64,000 bases of DNA, from IMG/VR virus record IMGVR_UViG_3300003320_000468, positions 3,678 to 67,677 of that record; one strand, given 5' to 3'. This document shows positions 33,737 to 43,247 of the stretch, one piece after another. The stretch's first letter is position 1; each line of letters starts with the position of its first letter. The translations under genes were made by a program, and so were the position numbers. The notes under the pieces were generated by a model that searched no databases, was not told the DNA's origin, and saw only the letters and a program-made list of their open reading frames with translations. Source of the DNA: a virus. Taxonomy: Duplodnaviria > Caudoviricetes.

Positions 33737-35287
33737 GTGTATGATCAAGTGATGTTCGACCTACGTGGTTGCCCCGCATGCGGCTACGCCCGCGCCTCCT
33801 TCGACGATGCCGCCGGAACCTCCCAAGGTGGCCGGTCAGTCGAAAGCCAGAGCGTCGAGATCGACGCCACCGGCAACGATCTCGGCGTAAACCTGATCGA
33901 GGTCTACTGCGACAACAACGCCTCCGCGTCCGGGCACGCCAGAAAGTCCCGTGACGATTGGGAACGGCTCTTGGCTGATGTGGGCGCGGGCAAGTACCGG
34001 CTCATCATCTTGTGGGATGCCTCGCGCGGCAGCCGGGAGCTGCTGGACTGGATCGGTTTCCTGGGGCTGCTTCGCGACCAGAGGATGCTGGTGCACCTGA
34101 TCACGCACGGCCGCACCTATGACCCGGCGAACTCCCGGGACTGGAAGATTCTTGTCCAAGAGGGCGTCGAGGCGCATTCGCAAGCGGACGTGATCTCCGA
34201 GAACGTCAAGCGGGGCAACAAGAGGGCCCGCCAGAAGGGCCGACCGCACGGACATCCGCCGTTCGGGTGGAGGCGAGTCTACGACCCCGCTTCCGGGAAG
34301 ATGGAGACGCAGAAACCGGTCGAGGAGCAACAGGCCCAGTTGTTGGACATGTTCACGCTCCTCGTGTCCGGTGAGAAGCCCACTAGGATCGCGATCGAGA
34401 TGAACCGCCGCATCCTGCACCCGGAGGAGGGCGAACAGGGCTACCGGACGGCGTTCGGGAACCTGTGGAGGGCGGACGCAGTCCGGCGAATCCTGCTGAG
34501 CCCGACGCATATCGGGAAGATCCGTGACCCCGACACTGGCGAACTGATCGAGGGGAACTGGGACGGCACGATCAGGGAGGACATTTGGTGGGCGGCCCAG
34601 GAGATCCTGGAGCATCGCGCGAAACGCTCGAATGCGCGCACATACCTGTTGACGGGCTACGCGGGATGCGGGGTGTGCGGGTCGTGGACCGTGGCGCAGG
34701 GGCCCCGCGGGCGCAAGAACCTGTCGTGCGCTGGTGTGGACGAGACCGGTGCGCCGGATGGTCGCGGGTCCACTCACAACCTCGCGATCCGGATGGACTG
34801 GGTCGATGATTACGTCATCGGCTACATCCTCCGTCGCATGTGCGACCTGGACTTTATCCGGTCCTTGACAGCGGATGCGGGCGAGAAGCGCGCGGCGGCG
34901 CTGGCGGAGGCGCGGCGGTTGCAGGCGGAGTTGGAGGAGATGTGGGCCAAGGTCGAGGCGCGCGAGCCCGGGTACAAGTTCGACCGGGTGGCAGCCCTGG
35001 AGGCGTCGTGGGAGCCGGAGATCAAGCGGCTTGAGGAGGAAGCGGCGGCAGGGTTGAGCGTCGGCAGAGCTCTGGCCCTGGAGTTCGCCCGCATGGTCGA
35101 AGACTCAGGCGCCGAAGGACAAGAGCTCCTGGAGTTGCTCCGGGAGGCGTGGGATGAGACTCCTCTTGGGGGGAGGCGTGAGCTGGTGCGCATCTACACG
35201 AAGTCGATCACGATCTATCCGCGCAAGCAGCGAGGAAAGAAGTTCGATCCGACCCGGGTGGTCATTGAGCCGGCGGCGTTCGCATAG
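33737..35287 (+). CDS. large serine integrase
   Basis: YARAS catalytic motif, WDASRGSR, G.PPFGW recombinase domain, CGVCG..C zinc ribbon, coiled coil; exact start uncertain. Confidence 0.9.
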   Translation: MYDQVMFDLRGCPACGYARASFDDAAGTSQGGRSVESQSVEIDATGNDLGVNLIEVYCDNNASASGHARKSRDDWERLLADVGAGKYRLIILWDASRGSRELLDWIGFLGLLRDQRMLVHLITHGRTYDPANSRDWKILVQEGVEAHSQADVISENVKRGNKRARQKGRPHGHPPFGWRRVYDPASGKMETQKPVEEQQAQLLDMFTLLVSGEKPTRIAIEMNRRILHPEEGEQGYRTAFGNLWRADAVRRILLSPTHIGKIRDPDTGELIEGNWDGTIREDIWWAAQEILEHRAKRSNARTYLLTGYAGCGVCGSWTVAQGPRGRKNLSCAGVDETGAPDGRGSTHNLAIRMDWVDDYVIGYILRRMCDLDFIRSLTADAGEKRAAALAEARRLQAELEEMWAKVEAREPGYKFDRVAALEASWEPEIKRLEEEAAAGLSVGRALALEFARMVEDSGAEGQELLELLREAWDETPLGGRRELVRIYTKSITIYPRKQRGKKFDPTRVVIEPAAFA

Positions 35288-35291
35288 CAGA

Positions 35292-35325
35292 GAACGGCCC
35301 CGCCCCCCGAGGAGCGGGGCCGTTC
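35292..35325. terminator. stem-loop between convergent genes
   Basis: GAACGGCCCCGC/GCGGGGCCGTTC. Confidence 0.65.
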
Positions 35326-35330
35326 CTTCC

Positions 35331-35834
35331 CTAGGCGGCTAAGGCTTCTTCGCGGCGGCCCTCCTTGTCCTCTTCGATGTCGAGCTCGTCTGCCGGCAGC
35401 ACGAGCGCCCGCCCTTCCTCGAAGTAGGTGTCCTGGAGTGCCTCGACGGCGCCGGTGCATGCGGCGATACCGTCAGCGAGTTTCTTGATGGCGCCGGTGT
35501 TCTCGTCGACCTGGGCCCCGAATTCTTGGAGGACGGCAAGGAGCCGGTCCTCGCGCGCTGCGGCTTCGGCCATGCTCTCGGCGATGGTGTCGCCGAGGTC
35601 GTCGTGGTCGGCGCGAAGTCGCTGCATGACGCACCAGAGCCAGTAGGTCATGACGGCGAAGGTGGCGACGACGCCGCATACGCCGAAAACGGAACGGTAG
35701 ACGGCGGCGTGGGGAACATTGAAGTAGATGACGAAGGCGGTGACGGCGGTGATACCGAGTGCGGCGCCGATGCCGAGGTGGACGATGGACGGGACGGAGA
35801 TCGAGATGGTGACTCGTCTGGAGGGTGCTGTCAT
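35331..35834 (-). CDS. two-TM membrane protein with coiled-coil acidic tail
   Basis: 167 aa; located in the immunity region. Confidence 0.6.
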   Translation of the reverse strand: MTAPSRRVTISISVPSIVHLGIGAALGITAVTAFVIYFNVPHAAVYRSVFGVCGVVATFAVMTYWLWCVMQRLRADHDDLGDTIAESMAEAAAREDRLLAVLQEFGAQVDENTGAIKKLADGIAACTGAVEALQDTYFEEGRALVLPADELDIEEDKEGRREEALAA

Positions 35835-35989
35835 GGTGGGTACCCCGTGGCAGGTGGACGTGACTGGGTTCATTGGGGGTCAGTCAGTGCCGGATTACCC
35901 AGTGTAGCCACATGTAGTGATCTACACCTCATCCATTCGGTTACCACATCCAACTTGATGGATGCAACATTTTGTCAGGGACGCGACAG

Positions 35990-36460
35990 CTATCGTTCGG
36001 CATCCTCGGACTCCCCAAGCGCTTCCCGCAGTAGGGATTCCGCCGATTTCTCCATGTCCCGTGCGGCCTTCAGCGCCGCCTCGGCTGCCTCGATCCGCGC
36101 TTCAAGGACTCTGCGACGCTCTGCGGACGTCTTCGGGTGATCCGCGATCCCACGGACGCGCCGGATGAACCCTTCGAGGTCTTGCGGCGGCGACCCCAGC
36201 GCCTCGGTCCACCCGAGCGCCTCGGCGTAGGGCTCGAACGGGATGCCCAGACTTTCGGCATACCGCTTCACGGACTCGACTTTCGGCATCCGCTCCGAGT
36301 CGGTCTTCAGCCACTCGTAGATGGTCACCCTAGGAGTCCGCGACTCCCTGATGAAGTCGCTGACGGTCCAGCCATGTTCCTGCATGCGGAGGTCGAGCTC
36401 GGCTTGCACGAGAGCTGTGAAGCGCTGTCGTGGCGTTCGAGTGTCTTCCCTGCGGGACAT
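35990..36460 (-). CDS. immunity repressor (XRE HTH)
   Basis: WTVSDFIRESRTPRVTIYEWL HTH; divergent from a Cro-like gene across a low-GC gap. Confidence 0.75.
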   Translation of the reverse strand: MSRREDTRTPRQRFTALVQAELDLRMQEHGWTVSDFIRESRTPRVTIYEWLKTDSERMPKVESVKRYAESLGIPFEPYAEALGWTEALGSPPQDLEGFIRRVRGIADHPKTSAERRRVLEARIEAAEAALKAARDMEKSAESLLREALGESEDAER

Positions 36461-36684
36461 ACGAGGAGCGTATTCCCGTTTCGCATGTCTGCGCTGGTAG
36501 GTCGAGGGTTTGTTTCGCGGACGAAACACTGATTCCCGATATCGTGTGGCTTGAGGTCGTTGCCGGATTCGCATCCTTTAATGATGCTGTCCCGCACACG
36601 GAACATGAATCGACTGTTCGGATGATGGAACATCACCCAAAAGGATGATGTCCTGGACAGAGAACACGTAGATATAGTTGTTCC

Positions 36685-36936
36685 GTGAACGGAACACTTC
36701 CGGCCAAGATCCGCCGCTACAAGGTCGAAGATCAGGACTGCATCCTCGCCAGCGTCGCGGCCGACATCCTCGGGGTTCACCGCAAGACGATCACCCGTCG
36801 ACAGCAGACAGGCCGATACGGCCGCCTCGTCGACGAGGACCTCAAGCGGGTCATGGTTCCCCTGGACGACCTCAAGCCGGATCTGCAACCCGGTGTCCTG
36901 CTGCACATCGAGAGCGAGGCCGAGCATGCGTTATGA
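36685..36936 (+). CDS. Cro/excisionase-like HTH protein
   Basis: VAADILGVHRKTITRR. Confidence 0.65.
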   Translation: MNGTLPAKIRRYKVEDQDCILASVAADILGVHRKTITRRQQTGRYGRLVDEDLKRVMVPLDDLKPDLQPGVLLHIESEAEHAL

Positions 36937-37141
36937 GGGCGATCGACCCGGAGGTGCGCCGCCAGCCCCTAGGCCCGTACCGAATCCGGGGCCGCCGCGG
37001 TTCTGTGAAATGCCGGCAGCCGATCAGAACCGGATCATCGAAATCTTCCGTCCGGGGTTCGAGCGCGCGCTTGCCCGCTGGCAAGAGCGGAAGCGACTGG
37101 CCGCGCAGGCGGCCGAGACAGAGCACGTCAAGGCCGCGTAG
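36926..37141 (+). CDS. hypothetical protein
   Basis: Overlaps the preceding stop; plausible coding pattern. Confidence 0.45.
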   Translation: MRYEGDRPGGAPPAPRPVPNPGPPRFCEMPAADQNRIIEIFRPGFERALARWQERKRLAAQAAETEHVKAA

Positions 37142-37231
37142 AGACGTCCCGTCTGTTTCCGGGGGTGGTACGGACGGGCACGGGGCCGGCCTCTTCTGAG
37201 GGGTGAGGGGTCGGCCCATCAAATCCCCCGA

Positions 37232-37304
37232 TGCGGCTTAGCGCAGTTGGTAGCGCATCCGGCTCATACCCGGGAGGTCGTGGGTTCGATCCCCACCGCC
37301 GCTA
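37232..37304 (+). tRNA. tRNA-Met(CAT), initiator-like but atypical
   Basis: Cloverleaf; anticodon CAT 37265-37267; GTGGG-TTCGATC-CCCAC T arm; U1:U72 and U7:C66 mismatches; CCA not encoded. Confidence 0.85.
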
Positions 37305-37397
37305 CGACACAAGAAAAGAGGGCCGCGATCTCGCGAACTGTTTGCCCAGTTCACGCGCGGCCCTCCGGACAACCAGATCTAGTGGAAGAGGAAGTCC

Positions 37398-37889
37398 ATG
37401 AACAACAACCGTACCGGGGCTACCGAGGTCCTGCAAGAGGCGGCCCCGTCGCGGCCCACCTGCGAGATCCCGGGCTGCACGGACCGAGCGCGCTACCGGG
37501 GCACCTGTTCTCCGGACCACCACCGGGAGCGTGCGCTCCGCCGCCAGGCGGCCCTCCGCGGCTTCAAGCTCGACGACTCGGGGGCCACGCACGCCGACGC
37601 CGAGTGGGAGGTGGTGCGCTCGAAGGCGCTCACCTCCCTGCGCCTCTTGCGCCAGTCGCTCGACAACCTGGAACGGGGCTTGGCCGCGGACAGGACGGCG
37701 TTCGAGGACCGGACTCCGTACGAGTGGGGTCGCCTCGTCGCGGAGAACCTGGCTCACGAGGCCGAGGAACTGCGGAAGGCCATGATCGACCCGGTCGGAA
37801 CCGATGTGATCGAGTCCGCCCGCGTCGAGATGAACGGCCGCCGCGCGCTCGCCGAGATCCACGCCGCGTCGCAGACCGGTGGTGCGTGA
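37398..37889 (+). CDS. hypothetical protein with N-terminal Cys/His motif
   Basis: CEIPGC..C..H; GAGGA RBS. Confidence 0.6.
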   Translation: MNNNRTGATEVLQEAAPSRPTCEIPGCTDRARYRGTCSPDHHRERALRRQAALRGFKLDDSGATHADAEWEVVRSKALTSLRLLRQSLDNLERGLAADRTAFEDRTPYEWGRLVAENLAHEAEELRKAMIDPVGTDVIESARVEMNGRRALAEIHAASQTGGA

Positions 37890-38143
37890 TGGAGACCTGC
37901 AAGCACTGCGGCAAAACCTGGGGTGTCACGGGGACACCGCGCGCCGACATCCGATGCTCTGACTGCCTGCGCCGCCCGGACCTGTACCCGGTCCACTACT
38001 GGGCTGCTCGTCGGGCGTCCCTGAGCTACATGAGGGGGCCGGTACTGAAGTTCCGGTCGGTGGCCTACCACGACTGGTGGACGTCGATGGCGGACCTCGC
38101 GATCGCCGCTGACATCGCGGAGCAGACGTGGGGCGGTGCGTGA
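37889..38143 (+). CDS. hypothetical protein (CxxC x2)
   Basis: TGATG coupling. Confidence 0.5.
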   Translation: METCKHCGKTWGVTGTPRADIRCSDCLRRPDLYPVHYWAARRASLSYMRGPVLKFRSVAYHDWWTSMADLAIAADIAEQTWGGA

Positions 38144-38373
38144 TGGTGCTGCATCTCCCCCACAAGCCCCAGGCCTCCGCGCCGCCGCAGCCGAAAGCGT
38201 GCGTCTCGAACGGCCTGTACTGGGTCACCACCAAGGGCGGCGCGCTGCGCTGCTCATGTGGGCCGCATCTCGCGCCGATGCTCGGTGACCTCCAGGGCGA
38301 GGGCGCCGAGGTCGACCAGGTGTCGTTCCCGGCTGCCGGGACCCCCTGTGACTACCTGGAGGTGTCGCGGTGA
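38143..38373 (+). CDS. hypothetical protein
   Basis: TGATG coupling. Confidence 0.45.
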   Translation: MVLHLPHKPQASAPPQPKACVSNGLYWVTTKGGALRCSCGPHLAPMLGDLQGEGAEVDQVSFPAAGTPCDYLEVSR

Positions 38374-38693
38374 ACGACGACACGATGCCGATCGCCCGGG
38401 TCCGGGACCTGGACGAGTCCCTGACCGGGGAGCACCGTGCGGCCCTGGACGAGATCCGGAGCCTCGCGTCCGCGGCGCGTACGCACTTGACGGTGTGGGA
38501 CGCCCGTGAGATGGAGGGTGACCCGGGCGCGGTGGAGGCGATGGGCCGGGCGATCGAGTCGCTGGATCGTCTGCTGAAGACGGGCCGGGGCCTGGTCGGC
38601 GGACTCCGCTTGGAGGATGCGACGGCGGCGGTGGAGGACGGCCGTGAGGCGTACCAGATCCGCAGGCGCTCGCGCCGGGACGGGAGCGTCTGA
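38370..38693 (+). CDS. hypothetical protein
   Basis: GGAGG RBS; GTGA overlap. Confidence 0.55.
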   Translation: MNDDTMPIARVRDLDESLTGEHRAALDEIRSLASAARTHLTVWDAREMEGDPGAVEAMGRAIESLDRLLKTGRGLVGGLRLEDATAAVEDGREAYQIRRRSRRDGSV

Positions 38694-38857
38694 TGGCTCC
38701 CTTCGAGATCGTCTTCAACTCCGTCATCGCCGCCGTGGTGCTGTTCGCCCTCGTCGTGGTCGTGAACAACGCGCTATGGAGCCCGGAGCGTGTCGAGGTC
38801 GAGGACCCGCCGACCGTCCCGATTCGCACGGCCCGGTCGCACCGGAGGTCCCGATGA
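38693..38857 (+). CDS. small single-TM protein
   Basis: MAPFEIVFNSVIAAVVLFALVVVV; coupled on both sides. Confidence 0.5.
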   Translation: MAPFEIVFNSVIAAVVLFALVVVVNNALWSPERVEVEDPPTVPIRTARSHRRSR

Positions 38858-39165
38858 TCCTCCTCGCTGCTCTCGCGCTGGTCGCGATCATCACCGCGGC
38901 TGGGATCGCCTGGCTGGTGACGGCCTGGGTGTACCGCCGCCGTATCGACCGGCTCTCCGATGACCTTGATGTCGCCCGTGAGGCGGTCGAGGATGCCGTC
39001 GATCAGCTCCGCGAGTTCGGTGACCGTTTGGACATCGAGCCTCCTGACACGGACGAGATGACGCTGCGGGCGATCGCCCGTGACCTCGCCTCGGAGGCGG
39101 GTTTCACGCGTCGCCTTGACCGGTTCAACGCCCGCCATGCGGGCACGGACCTTCCCCGAACTTGA
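38854..39165 (+). CDS. single-TM coiled-coil protein
   Basis: GGAGG RBS; N-terminal TM. Confidence 0.55.
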   Translation: MILLAALALVAIITAAGIAWLVTAWVYRRRIDRLSDDLDVAREAVEDAVDQLREFGDRLDIEPPDTDEMTLRAIARDLASEAGFTRRLDRFNARHAGTDLPRT

Positions 39166-39227
39166 CACCTGTGCGGGGTCGTGCTGCTGCTCGCCGCGGC
39201 CCCGCCAACACCTTGAGAGGTAACACG

Positions 39228-39539
39228 ATGACCGACAAGAACACCATCCGAGAAGTGCTTCTCCGCGACGGCACGACCCAGCCGGAGCCCCTGGTGATGA
39301 CCACCTACGTCGCTCTGCTCAAGCTCATGGACTCGCCCATGCGGTTCCTGGATGTCGCTGAAGCCGCCCGCGAGGAAAGCCCGCTCCACCCGAACAGCGT
39401 CCCTTCGGCCGCGGCGCTGGCCCTGGTCGACGAGAACGGCGACATGCATTCGTCCGTCCGCTCAGTCATCCGGTCCTGCATCGAGGGTGAGGGCCTTGAG
39501 ATGCGCCTGGTCTCGCCGTTCGCTGAGCGGGAGGCGTAG
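39228..39539 (+). CDS. hypothetical protein
   Basis: GAGAGG RBS. Confidence 0.55.
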   Translation: MTDKNTIREVLLRDGTTQPEPLVMTTYVALLKLMDSPMRFLDVAEAAREESPLHPNSVPSAAALALVDENGDMHSSVRSVIRSCIEGEGLEMRLVSPFAEREA

Positions 39540-39542
39540 GCC

Positions 39543-40079
39543 ATGACCGACACCCTGAAAGCCAAGCCGTTCGATTCCCGCTCCTACACCGAGGGCATGG
39601 TCACGCTCAACGTCGACCTGGCCCGCCCGACCGCGCTGGACCAGGTCCGCGCGGACTGGCTCGACGCGCACCAGGCCGTGATGGACGACGAGACCGGCCT
39701 GTCGCTGGAGCTGCGCCGCCTCATCCCGCCGTACCTGACCGCCCGCGAGGCGTACGAGGAGACCGGGAACGCGCACGGCGACGCGGCCCGCGAGTACTCC
39801 AAGGCCACCGAGGCACTCGTGCACATCCTGGTCGCGATCGGCGCGTACGACAGTGACGAGGCTGCCGCGGCGGCCGTCGACGCGATGCGCGCGCCCGGCC
39901 TCGCGACCATGTTCGTGGAGCGGTGGGCGGCCCGGGAGGGCTACCTGGACGACCTCGGGTTCGGGGAGATCGCCCGGATCGCTGACCGGGTCACCGACCT
40001 CGTCGCCGAGGGCGCGCGCCTGGACGACATGGGCATGGCCGACCTGGTCGCCATGTACCTCCCCGGCGGTGCGGCATGA
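39543..40079 (+). CDS. hypothetical protein
   Basis: Operon continuity. Confidence 0.55.
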   Translation: MTDTLKAKPFDSRSYTEGMVTLNVDLARPTALDQVRADWLDAHQAVMDDETGLSLELRRLIPPYLTAREAYEETGNAHGDAAREYSKATEALVHILVAIGAYDSDEAAAAAVDAMRAPGLATMFVERWAAREGYLDDLGFGEIARIADRVTDLVAEGARLDDMGMADLVAMYLPGGAA

Positions 40080-40942
40080 GCGATCCGATCTTCTCCGAGA
40101 CCGACTTCGACGGCGCCCGCTACTACGTCCTCAACACCGGCGAGCGGTTCATCTCCGTCACCACCGTCCTGTCGCACATCGCCAAGAATTACCTGACCGA
40201 CTGGGCCGCAGGCATGGCCGCCGACGCCGCACTGGACAACGCCGAGCGGGTCTTCTCCGCCGCCGACACGCCGTCCTGCAATACCACCGGCGAGGACGCA
40301 TGCGGCATGTGCCGCACCTGCGTCCGCACCTGGCTCGCGAACCGGCACAACGACTACCGCGACGCCGCTGGCGCCCGCGGCACGAAGCTCCACGAAGCCG
40401 CCGAGCACCGTGAACTCCATGGCCCCGGCGGCGCCGTGGACGAGGACGCGGCCCCGTTCTTCGAGGCGTACGTGAACTGGTTCGACCAGGCGAAGCCCAC
40501 CGTCCTCGCCACGGAGATGACCGTGGTCTCACGCAAGTGGGGTATGGCCGGGACGCTCGACAACCTCATGGTGTTCGAGGCCGACTCGGTGCTCCCGAAG
40601 GCCCTGGAGCACCTGCGGGGCAAGGTCCTCCTGGTCGACAAGAAGACCTCGAAGTCCGTGTCCTTCGAGCAGGGCTGGCAGGTCAACGGCTACTCGCTGT
40701 GCGAGACCGCGGTCATGCCCGACGGCTCCGAGATCGACACCCCGGCAGTCGATTCGGGTCTGATCCTCCACATCCGGCCCGAGTCCGAGGGCGGCGTGAA
40801 GATGCGCGAGGCCCACATCAACCCGCTCAACCAGGCCGCGTTCATCCACACCCTGCGCATGGCCGAACGCGCGGCCGCGCCGCTCGGGGACGTGCTGTCG
40901 CGTCCCGCGTCCCTCCCGAAGACGAAGGAGACCACGAAGTGA
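40076..40942 (+). CDS. PD-(D/E)XK / Cas4-like exonuclease (RecE-like)
   Basis: SVTTVL, GTKLHEAAE, AGTLD, VDKKTS, Q...Y. Confidence 0.8.
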   Translation: MSDPIFSETDFDGARYYVLNTGERFISVTTVLSHIAKNYLTDWAAGMAADAALDNAERVFSAADTPSCNTTGEDACGMCRTCVRTWLANRHNDYRDAAGARGTKLHEAAEHRELHGPGGAVDEDAAPFFEAYVNWFDQAKPTVLATEMTVVSRKWGMAGTLDNLMVFEADSVLPKALEHLRGKVLLVDKKTSKSVSFEQGWQVNGYSLCETAVMPDGSEIDTPAVDSGLILHIRPESEGGVKMREAHINPLNQAAFIHTLRMAERAAAPLGDVLSRPASLPKTKETTK

Positions 40943-41850
40943 TCATCGGACTCCAGCAGCAGCAGACCGAGGTCGGCCGCATCCGCCTCGGCGTCAAGGT
41001 CGCCACCTCCAGCGGTGGGCAGCGGCCCGCGAAGCTCGACACGCTCCGCTTCACCTCACCGCGCCGCGACCTCATCGAGAAAGTCGCCGAACTGTACGGC
41101 GGGAAGGTCGAGCCGTGGCAGCCGCTCAAGGGCAACGCGCAGTGGCAGGTCATCACCACCTCCACAGAGGTCCCGGTCATGGTGCCCCCGCAGGACCCGG
41201 CCCAGTCGCAGTGGCTGGAGATGTGGTCCAAGGGCGGGTGCCTGCGCCGGTGCGACGGACAGACCGAGCGGATCTCGGGGAACCCGTGCATGTGCGACCC
41301 CGACCCGCAGGAGCGGGACTGCAAGATGCACACCCGCGTCAACGTCCTCCTCGAAGAGGTCCCCGGGATCGGTGTGTGGCGGGTCGACACCGGCTCGTTC
41401 TACGCCGCGGTCGAACTCCCCTCGGTCGCGGCGATCCTGGCCGCGGCGAACGGGTTGATTCCCGGGAAGCTGATCCTCGACCAGCGGACCGTCACCCGCG
41501 GCGGGAAGACGTTCAACTTCGCCGTCCCGGTCTTGGACATCGCCGAGTTCACGCCGGCCGAGCTGCTGTCGGGGAAGGTTCCCGAGCTCGCGGCGACCCG
41601 CCGGGCTGAGGCGATCGACGCGCGTTCGCGGGTCGCTATCGCCGCGGGCCCGGACTACTCGTCGCTGCTGCTCGCGGTCACCACGATCCCCGCGCTCACT
41701 GACCTGTGGGAGGAGGCGGGGAACGCTGGCGCGCTCACCGACGAGCTCCGCGCCGAGTTCGAAGCCAAGGGCGCCGCCATCCGCAAGGCCGCGGCGCGTA
41801 AGCCCACCGAGCCTGTCGACGCCGAGATTGTCGAGGAGGTCTCGCCGTGA
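40939..41850 (+). CDS. recombination protein (actinophage Gp3-like/RDF-annotated family)
   Basis: GRIRLG..RPAKLDTLRFTS, CLRRCDG, GVWRVDTGSFYAAVEL; paired with the exonuclease. Confidence 0.7.
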   Translation: MIIGLQQQQTEVGRIRLGVKVATSSGGQRPAKLDTLRFTSPRRDLIEKVAELYGGKVEPWQPLKGNAQWQVITTSTEVPVMVPPQDPAQSQWLEMWSKGGCLRRCDGQTERISGNPCMCDPDPQERDCKMHTRVNVLLEEVPGIGVWRVDTGSFYAAVELPSVAAILAAANGLIPGKLILDQRTVTRGGKTFNFAVPVLDIAEFTPAELLSGKVPELAATRRAEAIDARSRVAIAAGPDYSSLLLAVTTIPALTDLWEEAGNAGALTDELRAEFEAKGAAIRKAAARKPTEPVDAEIVEEVSP

Positions 41851-42071
41851 TGCCGTTCTTGACCGCAGCCCCGGCGGTCACGTCCGCCGCCGGGGCCCGG
41901 ATGCAGGTCTACAAGGTTGGGCGTTTCTGGTACGCCGACTGCCCGCTGCGCCCCGCCGAGCTCGGCGGACGGTCTTTCCACGAGATCGGGAAGGTGACCG
42001 GGTCTCTGAAGGAGACACATGGGTGGGCGATGGCGCACGTCGCCGAGCACCGGGCGGAGGTGGAGCGATGA
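41847..42071 (+). CDS. hypothetical protein
   Basis: GGAGG RBS; coupled on both sides. Confidence 0.5.
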   Translation: MMPFLTAAPAVTSAAGARMQVYKVGRFWYADCPLRPAELGGRSFHEIGKVTGSLKETHGWAMAHVAEHRAEVER

Positions 42072-42427
42072 CTGCTCCGACGAACGCCGCCCAGATCACC
42101 GAGAAGCTCGGGAAGCTCTCCCTGGACCTGTGGCGCTGCGTGGAGCAACTGGAGCAGGCCGACCTCGACGCTACGACGAAACGAGCGGCATTCGACCTCG
42201 CATATTCGAAGGCGTTCCTCGCCGCCGAGGGGCCCATGGACATCCGCAAGCACAAGGCCGTCGTCGAGACCATGTACCTGCGGGAAGCCGCGGACCTCGC
42301 TGATGCGGTGGTGCGCAGTCTCGTCCGGCGCATGAAGGCCCTGGAGAAGCGCGTTGAAGTCGGGCGCTCCACTTCGTCGTGGCACAAGACCGAACTCGCT
42401 CTCTTGCAATCGGGAGTGGAGTCATGA
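42068..42427 (+). CDS. coiled-coil hypothetical protein
   Basis: ATGA coupling. Confidence 0.55.
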   Translation: MTAPTNAAQITEKLGKLSLDLWRCVEQLEQADLDATTKRAAFDLAYSKAFLAAEGPMDIRKHKAVVETMYLREAADLADAVVRSLVRRMKALEKRVEVGRSTSSWHKTELALLQSGVES

Positions 42428-42804
42428 AGCGTCGGAACACGGGCCCGTCCCCTGAAACGGCGGCGCTGGTCTTGGAGCGCGACGGCTGGTCGTGCACCCG
42501 CTGCGGCCGGTCGGTCGCCGGCGGGGAGCGGGGCCGGGACTGGTCGGTGCAGCATCGGATTGCCCGCGGGATGGGCGGGTCCCGTGACGAGCGGTTGAAC
42601 CTGCCCTCGAACCTGCTGGTGCTGTGTGGATCTGGAACCACGCGCTGCCACGGGCAGGTTGAGCAGAACCGGGAGATCGCGTACGCCGAGGGTTTCCTGC
42701 TGCACCGCATCCAGGAGCCTGCCGAGGTGCCGGTGGCTGCCGTCGAGGGCTGGGTGCTCCTTGACGACGAGGGTGGCCGTCGGGCCGTGGAGGTGGCGTC
42801 GTGA
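42424..42804 (+). CDS. HNH endonuclease
   Basis: CTRC..QHR..N..LC..CHG. Confidence 0.8.
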   Translation: MKRRNTGPSPETAALVLERDGWSCTRCGRSVAGGERGRDWSVQHRIARGMGGSRDERLNLPSNLLVLCGSGTTRCHGQVEQNREIAYAEGFLLHRIQEPAEVPVAAVEGWVLLDDEGGRRAVEVAS

Positions 42805-43247
42805 ACATGCGCGACTTCCTCTCCCACGTCCCGGCCTGGCACCTCCAGGCAGCGTGCCGGGGTGTCAAGAACCCGGACATCTTCTTCCCGCACGGGAACA
42901 CCGCCACCGAGGCTGCCATCGAGCTGTGCGGGCGCTGCCCGGTCAGGGACGCCTGCCGCCAGTCCGCTACCGACTTGAATCTGTGGGGCACCTGGGGCGG
43001 GACGACCCGGCCCGAGCGCCGCGCCGCCAGGCAGAACCGTGAGTACCGGCCGCCGCAGGGGGGACCGTTCGGGCAGGCCGTCCTCAACGCTCAGAAGACC
43101 CACTGCAAGTGGGGCCACCAGTTCACTCCCGAGAACACCCGCTGGTGCCAGGGGAAGCGCTCCTGCATCGCCTGCGAGAAGCGCCGCCGCGCCGAACGCC
43201 GCGCCGCGACCGCAGCCCGCAAGCAGGGGGTGCCCCATGGCGCGTAG
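42801..43247 (+). CDS. WhiB-family regulator with C-terminal Cys/His module
   Basis: W..AAC..FFP..CGRCPV..C..GTWGG. Confidence 0.9.
   Translation: MNMRDFLSHVPAWHLQAACRGVKNPDIFFPHGNTATEAAIELCGRCPVRDACRQSATDLNLWGTWGGTTRPERRAARQNREYRPPQGGPFGQAVLNAQKTHCKWGHQFTPENTRWCQGKRSCIACEKRRRAERRAATAARKQGVPHGA

Noticed and set aside
21747-35287. An independent AICE inserted into the phage
   Set aside because: No RepSA/RepAM, tyrosine integrase, xis or flanking direct repeats seen; the only recombinase is the serine integrase in the phage immunity region. Not fully excluded.
36601-36683. GAACA-Nx-TGTTC inverted repeats as repressor operators
   Set aside because: Spacers differ (9 versus 12 nt) and the half-sites are short; plausible but not supportable by eye.
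37232-37304. tRNA as the attachment site
   Set aside because: No duplicated tRNA 3' end in the window, and the integrase is a serine type about 2 kb away.
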